Source of the DNA: Mycobacterium sp. | GTDB lineage: Bacteria; Actinomycetota; Actinomycetes; Mycobacteriales; Mycobacteriaceae | Assembly (NCBI GenBank): GCA_019236925.1 | Contig: JAFAID010000253.1 | Span: 28,250 to 92,249, forward strand | DNA: 64,000 bases | Direction of reading: 5' to 3' | Shown: positions 1-9,565 of the stretch, piece by piece | Position numbering within the stretch: the first letter of the stretch is position 1 | Layout of the letters: each line of letters begins with the position of its first letter | Notes under the pieces: model-generated | Databases searched by the model: none | What the model saw: the letters and a program-made list of their open reading frames with translations, nothing else | Told to the model about the DNA's origin: nothing | Position numbers and translations under genes: made by a program

Positions 1-407
1 ACTCCGTGCGGTCCAGCGCCGTCGAGGAGGTGCTGCGCTGGGCTTCACCGGTGGCGTACTGGACCCGCACCACCAAGGTCGACATCGAGATGGATGGCCA
101 GCACATCCCCAAGGGCGAGCGGGTGGTGTCGATGCTGCGTTCGGCGAATCGCGACGAGGAGGTTTTCGAATCGCCATTCACGTTCGACATCGCTCGTCAG
201 CCCAATCCGCATGTCGCATTCGGCGGCGGTGGTGCCCACCATTGTCTGGGTGCGATGCTGGCGCGCGCCGAGATCCGGGCGGTGCTGGACGAACTGCTGC
301 TGCGTTGCGACGGCATTACCCTCGGTCCGGCCGAAGTGGCCTACCCGAACCTGACCACCAACATGTCGATCTACGACGAGATGGCCATATCGCTGACCGA
401 GAGGTGA
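1..407 (+). CDS. Cytochrome P450, C-terminal part (truncated by window edge)
   Basis: ExxR motif (EEVLR) and heme-binding FGGGGAHHCLG. Confidence 0.93.
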   Translation, partial: SVRSSAVEEVLRWASPVAYWTRTTKVDIEMDGQHIPKGERVVSMLRSANRDEEVFESPFTFDIARQPNPHVAFGGGGAHHCLGAMLARAEIRAVLDELLLRCDGITLGPAEVAYPNLTTNMSIYDEMAISLTER

Positions 408-412
408 ACGGT

Positions 413-604
413 TCAGTCGGCGATTCGCAACGCGGCCTTCGGGCACTGGTCGACCGCCGCGCGCACGTCTATCTCCAAGTGCTCCGGGACCTCACCCTCT
501 GCGACGTGCACCACGTCAGCTTTCCCGATCTCGAATATGTCCGGCGCCAATGATTCGCAGAATCCGTTTGCCTCACATAATGTCTCGTCAACGATCACTC
601 GCAT
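413..604 (-). CDS. Ferredoxin (3Fe-4S/4Fe-4S, P450-associated type)
   Basis: MRVIVDETLCEANGFCESLAPDIF...CPKAAL; ATG at 604 after GGGAG. Confidence 0.92.
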   Translation of the reverse strand: MRVIVDETLCEANGFCESLAPDIFEIGKADVVHVAEGEVPEHLEIDVRAAVDQCPKAALRIAD

Positions 605-626
605 CGACTGCTCCCTTCTCAAGTCG

Positions 627-3026
627 TCATAGACCCTTGGGCCGGGTGCCGATCACCCCGGCTGACGCCAACCGCGCGAGATCGTCATCTGTGAGCCCGC
701 ACAGATCGCGCAGTACTTCGTCATTGTGCTCGCCGAGCCTCGGCGGCGGACGCATAAGCCAATTGCGCCGACCGTCGAGCGGGGCGAATGGCGGCCGCGG
801 ATAGCGACCCGGGCCGGTACGCGGATGCTCGAGCGGCTCGAGGAACCGACGGTCATTGAGTTGCGGGTTCTCGGTCACCAGCGACGGCGACACCACCGGC
901 GCGGCGGGAATGCCCGCGCCGGCAAGGCTTTCCACTACGCTGCACAGATCCTGGCCGACAAACCAGTCGCGCAGTCGACGGTCGATATCGTCGGCCCCTT
1001 CTTGCCGTCCGGCGACGCTGCCAAAGCGGTCGTCGTTGGTCCACGGCGGCCGTCCCATCAGGTGAACCAGCGCACGCCACTGCTCGTCGGTGCACACGGT
1101 GACGGCGATCCAATCGTCGTCACCCACGCAACGGTAGAGATTCTGGACGGCCGCACCATGTCCACGGTTACCACGGCGGCTCAGCGTGACGCCGAACACC
1201 TCGGCTTCCATCGGCTGAATTGCGGTGGCGTTCAACACCGTTTCGATCATCGGCAGTTCGACGAGCTGGCCCTGTCCGGTGCGCTCGGCGAAGTTCAGCG
1301 CAGCCAGCACCGCGAACGCGGCGTGGACACCGGCCAGCGGATCGCACGCTCCCCTGGGCGGGACAGGCGGACCGTCGGGCAAACCGGTCACCCAGGCCAG
1401 CCCGGCGATTTGCTCCATGGTGGGCGCAAAACCGACCCGGTCGCGCCACGGACCGTCCAGCCCGAACGCCGGCATCCGGGCCATCACCAGCCGGGGGTTG
1501 ACCGCCAGTAAGGCGTCCGCGGTGAGCCCGAAGTGGTCCATCACTCGCGCGGAGAAATTCTCTATCACCACGTCGGCGTCGGCGACCAAGCGACTGAACA
1601 GCCGACGACCTTCGTCGGACCCCAAATCCAAAGTTACCGAACGCTTGTTGGTGTTCATGGCATGGAACACCCAGCCGTACTCCCACCAGTCGTCGACATC
1701 CTTGCGCATGCCGCCCGAGTACCGGATGCCATCGGGACGCTGGATCGACTCCACCTTGATGACGTCGGCGCCGAACGCGGCGAGCAAATGAGTCGCGGCG
1801 GGCCCGGCCCAGAACGCGGTCAGGTCGACGACCCGAAGGCCCTCGAGCGGCAGCCGGGGCTCTGCTAACCGCACGTCGTGCTCACGCGTTGGCCAAGGCC
1901 TGGTGTCGTTGGCCTCGCCGAGCGCAGGCGCCTCGCGCAGCGACGCGGGCCGGCAGCGTGACATCAGCCACGGAGTGCGGGGCTGGTGAAAGCCCGCCGG
2001 GTTGCGGACGAACACCCCGCGTCCGGTCGCATAGGCCGTGTCGCGGATCGTGGCACCGTTGCCCAACGCCGCGATCGGCAGCCGGAACAGCTGCCCGAGT
2101 TCGACAACTTCCTCGACGGTGCGTTCGGCCAGCCAGGGACGGATCCGGTCCCGGATGAAGTCGCGGTATTCCCATCGGCCGATCTGAAAACTCAGTTGGG
2201 GAATCTCGATGAGCTCTTGGCAGTCCACCATCGCCGCGAAATCGAGCCATTGCTGGCCGGTGACCATGGTGATCCCGATGTAGCCGTCCTTGGCCGCCTC
2301 GATCGACGGCACTTCGACCGTGCGCGATACCGGCGGCGCCTGCAACAGCTGGGAGTGCAGCCATTCGCCACTTTGCATCAGCGTGATCGCTTCCAGCATG
2401 GACAAATCCAGATGTTCGCCGCGGCCGCCACGCTCGACGCGGCGGCGCAGTGCCATCGCGCCAAATGCGGCGGACGCCCCGCCCATGTACTCCCCCAGGT
2501 CACCACCGATCGCGATCGGTGGTCCGGCCGGATCGCCGCGGAAACCGGTTAAGCCCGACCACGCCTCCAGCGTGAATTCGCTGGCGGCACGGTCGGCATA
2601 CGGACCGGTCCAGCCGAAGTCGGAGATCGTGACGACGACCGTCTGCGGGTTATCAGCCAGCAACCGCTGCGGGTCGACACCCAGCGCGGCCGCCTGCGGC
2701 CGCGTGGTCGTCACGACGACGATATCGGCGCCGGCAAGCTCGTCGTGGAAACGCTGGTCGGAGCGCGAGCCCGCAGCCGACCAGGTCAGGCTGCGCTTGC
2801 CGGCATTGAGGTAGCCGAACAGGGGTGAGTCCGTCCCGTCCGGGATCGCCGAGCAGCTGGCACTGAACCGCCGCAACGGATCCCCTTGCGGCGGTTCGAT
2901 TTTCCTGACCTCAGCGCCCGCGTCGACCAACAGCTTTCCGCAGTAACTGCCGGCGATCCGATCGCTGATCTCGACAACACGGACGTCGTCCAGCGGTGTC
3001 GGTCGGCTGTCCTGCTCGCTGCTCAA
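627..3026 (-). CDS. Double-domain CaiB/BaiF (family III) CoA-transferase
   Basis: Two tandem CaiB repeats (PLDDVRVVE..GAEVRKIEPP..NAGKRS; PLEGLRVVDL..GADVIKVES..NTNKRS), 799 aa. Confidence 0.92.
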   Translation of the reverse strand: MSSEQDSRPTPLDDVRVVEISDRIAGSYCGKLLVDAGAEVRKIEPPQGDPLRRFSASCSAIPDGTDSPLFGYLNAGKRSLTWSAAGSRSDQRFHDELAGADIVVVTTTRPQAAALGVDPQRLLADNPQTVVVTISDFGWTGPYADRAASEFTLEAWSGLTGFRGDPAGPPIAIGGDLGEYMGGASAAFGAMALRRRVERGGRGEHLDLSMLEAITLMQSGEWLHSQLLQAPPVSRTVEVPSIEAAKDGYIGITMVTGQQWLDFAAMVDCQELIEIPQLSFQIGRWEYRDFIRDRIRPWLAERTVEEVVELGQLFRLPIAALGNGATIRDTAYATGRGVFVRNPAGFHQPRTPWLMSRCRPASLREAPALGEANDTRPWPTREHDVRLAEPRLPLEGLRVVDLTAFWAGPAATHLLAAFGADVIKVESIQRPDGIRYSGGMRKDVDDWWEYGWVFHAMNTNKRSVTLDLGSDEGRRLFSRLVADADVVIENFSARVMDHFGLTADALLAVNPRLVMARMPAFGLDGPWRDRVGFAPTMEQIAGLAWVTGLPDGPPVPPRGACDPLAGVHAAFAVLAALNFAERTGQGQLVELPMIETVLNATAIQPMEAEVFGVTLSRRGNRGHGAAVQNLYRCVGDDDWIAVTVCTDEQWRALVHLMGRPPWTNDDRFGSVAGRQEGADDIDRRLRDWFVGQDLCSVVESLAGAGIPAAPVVSPSLVTENPQLNDRRFLEPLEHPRTGPGRYPRPPFAPLDGRRNWLMRPPPRLGEHNDEVLRDLCGLTDDDLARLASAGVIGTRPKGL

Positions 3027-3218
3027 CCTGTATCCGTCTACATCGTCGGGTTGTTGTCTATGCCATCTTAGTAACTTTGCCGATCATTGGTTCGATTGAA
3101 GTTGAACCGGCCACTTGACCAGCGCGGCTATTATGCCATTACTGCTAAGATTGCAGTCAATGGAGTTCGCGGGTGCAGCGGCCGTGGCTCTGTCCGGTCG
3201 TCCCGCTGCTGGAATCGT

Positions 3219-4040
3219 ATGACTGCGCTGGGAATTGGCCCCGAGGCCCGACGCCGTTTGTCGGCGCCGAGGATCGCCGAGATCGTCGCCGACGAGTTGC
3301 GGCGCCAGATCATCGACGGCGAGTTGGCCGACGGCGATTTGCTGCCGCGCCAGGAAGTGCTCGTCGAGCAGTTCAACGTCAGCCTTGTGTCGCTGCGGGA
3401 GGCGCTGCGGATCCTGGAGACCGAAGGGCTGGTATCGGTTCGGCGCGGCAACCGGGGCGGTGCGGTTGTACACGCTCCGGCGAAGACCAGCGCCGCCTAC
3501 ATGCTCGGTCTGCTGTTGCAAAGTGAGTCGGTTGTGGTCGCCGATCTGGGGACGGCGTTGCTGGAACTGGAACCCGCCTGTGCGGCTTTGGCCGCCCAAC
3601 GGCCCGACCGCGCTGACACCATCGTGCCTGAGCTCAAAGAAGTCAACGACGCGATGGAAACGCATCTGGAGGACGGACCCGAATTCACCGAAATCGGCCG
3701 CAAATTCCACGATCTCATCGTGCGTGGCTGCGGCAACCGCACGATCATCGCCGTCGTGGGCACCCTGGAGACGCTGTGGACCAGCCATGAACAGCACTGG
3801 GCCGACGAAAGCGCAGCAAAGGGCACCTACCCGTCGCTGTCGAAGCGTCGGGCCGTGCTCAACACGCATGTGAAGCTGGCCGAGATGATCGAGGCCGGTG
3901 ACGTCGACCGGGCGCGTCGCATCGCCGCCCGGCATCTTTCCGACACGCAGAGCCACGTGTTGGCCGCAGGCCCCGACCAACGGATCTATGCGTTGTCGCC
4001 GCAGGCACTGTCCCGCCCGCGGGACAACCGCCATCTGTAG
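3219..4040 (+). CDS. GntR/FadR-family transcriptional regulator (wHTH + FCD)
   Basis: IAEIVADELRRQIIDGEL..LPRQEVLVEQFNVSLVSLREALRILETEGLV; start chosen at ATG 3219. Confidence 0.92.
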   Translation: MTALGIGPEARRRLSAPRIAEIVADELRRQIIDGELADGDLLPRQEVLVEQFNVSLVSLREALRILETEGLVSVRRGNRGGAVVHAPAKTSAAYMLGLLLQSESVVVADLGTALLELEPACAALAAQRPDRADTIVPELKEVNDAMETHLEDGPEFTEIGRKFHDLIVRGCGNRTIIAVVGTLETLWTSHEQHWADESAAKGTYPSLSKRRAVLNTHVKLAEMIEAGDVDRARRIAARHLSDTQSHVLAAGPDQRIYALSPQALSRPRDNRHL

Positions 4041-4052
4041 ATCGCGGCAAGC

Positions 4053-4772
4053 GTGAGAACCGCACTGGTCACCGGTGGCAGCGGCGGGATCGGCAAGGCC
4101 TGCGCACGCAAACTGTGCGAACTGGGTTACGACGTCGTGCTGTCCGCGCGACGGGTGGACCCGCTGCGCGCGGCCGCCGACGAGATCGGAGCGCGCTACA
4201 TCGCCGCCGATGCCGCTGACGCGAAAGGCTTCGCGCAAGCGATCAGCCCCCTGGAGACAATCGATTTGGTCGTGCACGCCGCCGGAACGCTGGGCGGAAC
4301 CTACGCCCGCAAGCAAACATTCGAGCAATGGCGGGCGATCATTTCGGCGAACCTGGACTCCTGCTTCGTGGTGACGGCGGCCGTGCTGCCGCGGATGCGT
4401 GCCGGATCCCGGCTGGTATTCATCTCGTCTTCCGCGGCGCACGAGCCGATGATGGCGCGGACCGCCTACTCGGCGTCCAAGGCGGGGATGAACGCATTCG
4501 CCCGCGCGCTGGCCCTTGAGGTCGACCGCGACGGCATCGCTGTCCATATCGTGACGCCGGGACCGGTGGAAACCGAGATGCTGCAAGATGTTCCGTTCGA
4601 GATGTACGCGATCCAGGTGTCCGACGTCGCCGAGGCCGTGGCGTGGCTGGACACCGTGGACCCGTCCGTGGACCTGCCGGAGATCCGGCTCAACGCGGTG
4701 CGGCGCGGACCCTTTGCCCGCGAACCCGTTGTGCCCACCGAGGCTCGGCGGCGGGCCGCACAGCAGCGATGA
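4053..4772 (+). CDS. Short-chain dehydrogenase/reductase
   Basis: TGGSGGIG and YSASK motifs. Confidence 0.92.
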   Translation: MRTALVTGGSGGIGKACARKLCELGYDVVLSARRVDPLRAAADEIGARYIAADAADAKGFAQAISPLETIDLVVHAAGTLGGTYARKQTFEQWRAIISANLDSCFVVTAAVLPRMRAGSRLVFISSSAAHEPMMARTAYSASKAGMNAFARALALEVDRDGIAVHIVTPGPVETEMLQDVPFEMYAIQVSDVAEAVAWLDTVDPSVDLPEIRLNAVRRGPFAREPVVPTEARRRAAQQR

Positions 4773-4794
4773 CCGAGCGCACGGGAAGACTCGA

Positions 4795-5637
4795 TCATCC
4801 CTTGATCACCGTTTCGCCGAACTCGTGTAGCGATTCCGGGGCGGCGAAATCGGCGAACCAGACATAGAACCGCTCGACGCCCTGGGCGGACAGGCCGGCG
4901 AAATGTCCGGACAATTCCTCGGCGTCGCCGCACACCAGGCCCGAACCGAGATTTCCGAACCGCCGGGTGCTCATATCCCGCACGGCATTGGGGTCGCTGT
5001 CTTTGCGAACGAAGCCCACCATTTGCTGAACCGACACCCGAGCGGACCCGGTTGCCGGCGCCAACTTCGCCAACTTATCGAGGTGGTTGGCCGGAATATT
5101 CCACCAATCCGCGTATCTGCGAACAAGTTCCATCATCCGGCGCCCGGTTCCGCCGAGGATCAGCGGTATCGGATGCTCGGGAATTGGGAATTGCCTGCGC
5201 TCCGGGGCCTCGTCACGCCCCCAGTACTGCATGATCAAGCCCAGATGACGCTCGAGCTGCTCCACTCTGGCCACCGGATCTTCTTGGCCGACATCGAATC
5301 TGGCGAATTCAGCGGGCCACGAGCCGGAGCCGAGGCCGAGTTCGAACCGGCCGTCGGAAGCCTCCGACAAGGTGACAGCCTGCTTGGCCAGCACCGCCGG
5401 ATGGCGAAACGCATCGCAGAGCACCAGATGACCGATCCGCAACCGCTCCGTCTTCGCGGCCACCCAGGTGGCGACCCCCATTGCCTCCCAGATCTTTTCG
5501 TCCCGCAATCCGGGCGCCTCGAGGTGGTCGATGAATGCGAGCCCGCTGAACCCGCTGGCCTCAGCGACCCGCGCTCGCTGCACGATGTCGGCGACGGCCA
5601 CTCTCACTTGCGGCAGGAACAGGTACCACTCGACCAT
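4795..5637 (-). CDS. LLM-class flavin-dependent oxidoreductase
   Basis: MVEWYLFLPQ..AEASGF..DH..TERLRIGHLV..GRFELGLGSG; ATG at 5637 directly follows the tnpB element end. Confidence 0.88.
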   Translation of the reverse strand: MVEWYLFLPQVRVAVADIVQRARVAEASGFSGLAFIDHLEAPGLRDEKIWEAMGVATWVAAKTERLRIGHLVLCDAFRHPAVLAKQAVTLSEASDGRFELGLGSGSWPAEFARFDVGQEDPVARVEQLERHLGLIMQYWGRDEAPERRQFPIPEHPIPLILGGTGRRMMELVRRYADWWNIPANHLDKLAKLAPATGSARVSVQQMVGFVRKDSDPNAVRDMSTRRFGNLGSGLVCGDAEELSGHFAGLSAQGVERFYVWFADFAAPESLHEFGETVIKG

Positions 5638-5830
5638 AAAGCGTGTCGATTTACTCCCGAGGGGTTTTTCGACACCGCCCTTCTCGGGCGTCGTCGGTTC
5701 AGACTGCGGGTGCAGCATGAACGTCGGTTCCCACGTCTTCCGGGCTGGTTTCACCGACACTCGCAGAGTGTCGGTCAGCGCCATCCCGTCGGCGGGCATT
5801 GTTGGCCCGGCCTCCATGCTTGGGGGTCCG
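5638..5830 (-). ncRNA. Predicted omegaRNA/reRNA scaffold of tnpB element 1 (extent approximate)
   Basis: Structured region overlapping the tnpB 3' end and right end, the usual location of TnpB guide-RNA scaffolds. Confidence 0.5.
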
Positions 5831-7129
5831 GGGTTCGGGGTTAGCTCTATGATCTTCAGCCCACTTAGCGAGGTTCGCCGCAGCATTGAGATCGCGGTCA
5901 CCAACATATCCGCATTCGCAGGTAAACACTCGGTCCGCGAGTGTCAGGTTGCGATTGCGGGTTCGGCATCGTGAGCAGATTTGACTTGACGGGTACCAGC
6001 GGTCCACCGTTACGACTGTGCCATAGCGCCAGTCGGATTTGTAACGCACGAGCCGTGCGAACTGTGCCCAGCCAGCGTCGCTAATCGGTTGCGCGAGCCG
6101 GTGGTTTGCCAGCATTCCGGCCACGTTGAGGTCTTCAAGGACGAGCCGGTCGTGGGTCTTGACCACCTCGTTGGACACCTGATGCAGGAAGTGCTGGCGA
6201 ATGTTGCGGACATGGTTGTGATGACGAGCCAGCCGGGCAGTGGCCTGGCGACAGTTGCGTGATCCTTTCTTCTTGCGGGACAAAGATTTCGAGAGATAAC
6301 GCTGCTTTCGCATCCCAACGGCCAGCGCTTTGGGCGCATCATCGAAGCGGCCGACTTCACGACCATCGCTAGTAGCGGCGACGAGGAACGCGGACAGGCC
6401 CCGGTCGAGACCTACCCAGCCGCCACTATTTCCGTTGAGCCGGGCGGGATGCCGCTGCGCAGGGTGCAGATCTGCGGCCTCGACGTTCAGGCAGACCCAC
6501 CAATGTCCAGCATGGTGGCTGATTGATGCGAACAGAATCTTCGCGCGACCCTTGGTGAGCAAACGTCGCAGGCGGCGTGTGTCGTCACGCAACCTGACCG
6601 AGCCAATGCCGGGTAGCGTCACCGAGCGCGTGTGGCTCTCGCCAACGCGGATCGCTGGCTTTCCATTGCGTGCGCATTTGTTGCGCAAACGAAATGATGG
6701 CATCGTCTCCGTCTTCTGCTTGAACCGAGGGAATCCCGCCCGGCGACCCCTTCGCTTGCCTGATCGCGAGTCAGACCAAGCGGTCAATGCCCGGCTGCAG
6801 TCGACAGCAGCCTCTTCAAACACCTGCTGGCACACTTGGGTACGCCATGCCAGCCCCGTCACCTCGATCTCCACGACACCGCGGGCACCTACGGCGAACA
6901 ATCGACCGGCGTCGGCGGTCTTCTTCCACGCGTTAAACGCATTTATCAGATCGAACCCCGTCCATGGCACCTCAACGGCCAACGCCGTCCGACGTTGGGT
7001 GAGCGCTGTTTTCACCATCCGCAGGCACTGGTTGTACGCGAACCGGGCCGCCCCTGCATGCCGAGACAACACAGTCTCCTGCTCAACAGTCGGGTCCAGG
7101 CAGAACTTGAACGTAGTGTGACGGGACAT
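5699..7129 (-). CDS. tnpB: RNA-guided endonuclease TnpB
   Basis: N-terminal FCLDPT..ARFAYN; GFPRFK; RuvC-I GLDRG, RuvC-II LEDL, zinc finger CSRC..CECG, RuvC-III DRDLNAA. Confidence 0.96.
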   Translation of the reverse strand: MSRHTTFKFCLDPTVEQETVLSRHAGAARFAYNQCLRMVKTALTQRRTALAVEVPWTGFDLINAFNAWKKTADAGRLFAVGARGVVEIEVTGLAWRTQVCQQVFEEAAVDCSRALTAWSDSRSGKRRGRRAGFPRFKQKTETMPSFRLRNKCARNGKPAIRVGESHTRSVTLPGIGSVRLRDDTRRLRRLLTKGRAKILFASISHHAGHWWVCLNVEAADLHPAQRHPARLNGNSGGWVGLDRGLSAFLVAATSDGREVGRFDDAPKALAVGMRKQRYLSKSLSRKKKGSRNCRQATARLARHHNHVRNIRQHFLHQVSNEVVKTHDRLVLEDLNVAGMLANHRLAQPISDAGWAQFARLVRYKSDWRYGTVVTVDRWYPSSQICSRCRTRNRNLTLADRVFTCECGYVGDRDLNAAANLAKWAEDHRANPEPRTPKHGGRANNARRRDGADRHSASVGETSPEDVGTDVHAAPAV

Positions 7130-7138
7130 CTTCCACGC

Positions 7139-7160
7139 AGTCTTGCACGCTGCACCGACA
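7139..7160 (-). promoter_or_regulatory. PafBC/RecA-NDp-like DNA-damage promoter motif upstream of tnpB1
   Basis: TGTCGG-N10-AAGACT, 9 nt before the ATG; consensus is TGTCGG-N10-TANNNT (one mismatch). Confidence 0.45.
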
Positions 7161-7300
7161 TCGCTAACGCCATCGGTGCCACGCCGCGATGCGCAAGCCC
7201 ATCACCGTGATCAGTGGAGCCCCACGCCTCGGGCAGCATGCCGTCGGAGCGATTGACGTCTGTCGCGCTAGTTTACTATTTTTATTATGTTAGGGGCCTT

Positions 7301-8380
7301 ATGGACGTCGGATTGAATTCCGGTCAGCTGGCGCTGCGTGACAGCGTGCGTGACGTCTTGCGCGCGGAATGCCCGCCCGGAGTCGCCCGGCAAGCGATGA
7401 CCGATCCGGAACGCTGGCGAACCGTGTGGAAGACGGTGGTCAAGCTCGGCTGGACCGAACTCGCCGTGCCAGGCAACGGCGGTGATGGCTCCTTCGGCCG
7501 CGTCGACCTCGCTGTCGTTCTCGAGGAGTGCGGGGCGGCGATCGCCCCCATCCCACTGCTGTCCAGCATCGGTCTGGCCGCGGGTGTCCTGCGTGTCGTC
7601 GGCCCCGCGGCTAACGACGTGCTGGGTACCATCGGCGGCGGTGTGGTGGCCGCGCTGGCCGCCCACCCGCCCGGGTGTCGGCTGCCGGGTGTGCCGATGA
7701 CCCTGCAGAGCGGACGCCTGCACGGGCGTGCGGTCGCAGTGGCCGGCCTGCCCCGGGCGGAGCTGATCGTCACCTTGGCCTCCTCACCCGACGGGCCGGT
7801 CGCCGCAGTCGTCCGCGTCGGCGACGGGGTGGCCGTGCGAGCCGTGGAGTGCACTGACCCCGCGCAGCCGGTCGCCGACGTCGAGATCGACACCGAACCC
7901 GTCGTCACTGCGCCGGTCGATGTGGAATCGGCGCTGGCGACACCGTTGCTCGCCGCGGCCGCCGATCTGGTCGGCGTGGCCGACGCCGCGCTGGCCCGCT
8001 CAGTCGAGCATGCGAAATCACGCCACCAGTTCGGCAAGCCGATCGGCGCCTTCCAGGGAATCAAACACGCGTTGGCCGACAACTACGTTGCCTTGGAGCG
8101 CGCCCGCAGTCTCACTTACGCGGCGGCGGCGCGCCTCGACGATCCCGCGACGTCGCCTTCGGCCGGCTGGACCGCCGCGGCGCTGGCCAAGGCGGCGGCA
8201 GCGGAGGCGGCGGTCGGTTGCGCGCGTACCGGGGTTCAGGTGCATGGCGCTTTGGGCCAGACCTGGGAGCACGACATGCACTTGTATCTGCGCCATGCGT
8301 GGCAAGGTGCTTCGACGTTGGGCGACAGCCGCGCGCTTTACCACGCAGTGGGACGCCGCGTCGCCGGAGGTGCCGGATGA
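7301..8380 (+). CDS. Acyl-CoA dehydrogenase (short subunit of a probable heteromeric pair)
   Basis: RHQFGKPIGAFQGIKHALAD, QVHGALGQTWEHDMHLY; start at ATG 7301. Confidence 0.92.
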   Translation: MDVGLNSGQLALRDSVRDVLRAECPPGVARQAMTDPERWRTVWKTVVKLGWTELAVPGNGGDGSFGRVDLAVVLEECGAAIAPIPLLSSIGLAAGVLRVVGPAANDVLGTIGGGVVAALAAHPPGCRLPGVPMTLQSGRLHGRAVAVAGLPRAELIVTLASSPDGPVAAVVRVGDGVAVRAVECTDPAQPVADVEIDTEPVVTAPVDVESALATPLLAAAADLVGVADAALARSVEHAKSRHQFGKPIGAFQGIKHALADNYVALERARSLTYAAAARLDDPATSPSAGWTAAALAKAAAAEAAVGCARTGVQVHGALGQTWEHDMHLYLRHAWQGASTLGDSRALYHAVGRRVAGGAG

Positions 8381-9516
8381 CCCGCGTCCAGAGCGATGCG
8401 TCCTCCGAGGTGGTCGCCGAGTTTGCCGCGTGGTTGACGGAATTTCTGCCGCACGACTACTACGACCGCTACCGCGAGTACCGCTGGGATCTCGATCTTC
8501 GGCGTGACCATCAACGCGCCGCGTTCGAGGCCGGGTGGTTGCAGCCGACCTGGCCACGCGAGCACGGCGGTCGATCGTTGGGCTTGGCCGACGCGATGGA
8601 GATCCGGCTGGAAGCTGCGATGCGATCGGCACCCAAGCTGCCCAACATCGCCGGCCCCAACGTTGCGGCGCCGGCGATTCGCCAGTTCGGCACCACCGGG
8701 CAGATCGACCGCCTGCTGGTTCCGCTGCTGCGCGGCGACGAGTGGTGGGCGCTGGGCATGTCGGAGCCGGAAGCGGGATCCGATTTCGCCGGGCTGCGCA
8801 CCCGCGCCCAGCGCGACGGCGACGTATTCCGGGTCAAGGGCAGGAAGATCTGGACCACCCAGGCGCACCTGTCACGGTGGTGCACGCTGTACGCCCGCAC
8901 CGACCCCGAAGCACCCAAACACCGCGGCATCTCCTGCCTGATCCTCGATCTCGAATCTCCCGGGGTGACCATCGAACCCATTCGGATGGCCTCGATCTCC
9001 GACGAGACGTTCTGTGAAGTCCTTCTCGACGATGTCGAGGTGCCGGTGGCCAACCTGCTCGGACCCTGCAACAGCGGATGGCAGGTCGCATTGTCGTCGC
9101 TGAACCATGAGCGCCAAATGATTTGGATCATGAATTGGGTTGAGATCCAGCGTGGACTCGATTCCGTTCGGGGATCCGAGACCGCGCACGATGACTATGC
9201 CTCGGGTGAAGTGTTCACCGAGCTGGGCTCACTGGTCGCCGACGCCGAAGCGCTGCGGGCCACCGGGTACCGCTCGCTGTACAACGAACTCGCCGGCCGG
9301 CCGAGCCCAGAAGCCGTTATTCTCAAGCTCCTCGGTTCGCTGACACTGCAGCGGGTTTGGGAGCTCGCCGCCGCGGCTGCCGGGCCCAGTTCGATCGACG
9401 ATTCCGACCTGCTCTTCGAACGTCAGGATGCGTTGGCGGCGACGATCTACGGCGGGACATCCGAGATCCAACGCAACATCATCGCCGAGCGGTTGCTCGG
9501 ACTGCCGAAGGGATGA
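8377..9516 (+). CDS. Acyl-CoA dehydrogenase
   Basis: GMSEPEAGSD, TIYGGTSEIQRNIIAER; ATGA overlap with the upstream gene. Confidence 0.94.
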   Translation: MTRVQSDASSEVVAEFAAWLTEFLPHDYYDRYREYRWDLDLRRDHQRAAFEAGWLQPTWPREHGGRSLGLADAMEIRLEAAMRSAPKLPNIAGPNVAAPAIRQFGTTGQIDRLLVPLLRGDEWWALGMSEPEAGSDFAGLRTRAQRDGDVFRVKGRKIWTTQAHLSRWCTLYARTDPEAPKHRGISCLILDLESPGVTIEPIRMASISDETFCEVLLDDVEVPVANLLGPCNSGWQVALSSLNHERQMIWIMNWVEIQRGLDSVRGSETAHDDYASGEVFTELGSLVADAEALRATGYRSLYNELAGRPSPEAVILKLLGSLTLQRVWELAAAAAGPSSIDDSDLLFERQDALAATIYGGTSEIQRNIIAERLLGLPKG

Positions 9517-9521
9517 CGATG
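9511..9521 (+). repeat. 11-bp direct repeat GGATGACGATG, left copy
   Basis: Identical to 11178-11188; the two copies flank tnpB element 2. Confidence 0.9.
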
Positions 9522-9565
9522 TGTTCGCTGGACGTGCGGGTGACGAGGAGCGCTTGGAAGTGCAC

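Larger units (their letters stand above)
5638..7200 (-). mobile_element. Non-autonomous tnpB-only IS element (IS200/IS605/IS607 superfamily); left boundary approximate
   Basis: tnpB without transposase; hairpins after the stop codon (GTGTCGA/TCGACAC 5643-5675, CGCCC-ttctc-GGGCG 5676-5690). Confidence 0.7.

Noticed and set aside
3084-4586. Long antisense ORFs (e.g. 3084-4586, 37774-39036, 48960-50273, 62313-63686)
   Set aside because: Shadow frames of well-supported genes in high-GC DNA, with no recognisable motifs
5638-5907. N-terminal extension of the LLM ORF to 5907
   Set aside because: It is an open frame through the tnpB 3' end and right end; LLM similarity starts at MVEWYLF
9428-9565. 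570-aa TnpB starting at 9428
   Set aside because: The extension overlaps the ACAD 3' end in another frame; plausible starts are 9566 or 9674
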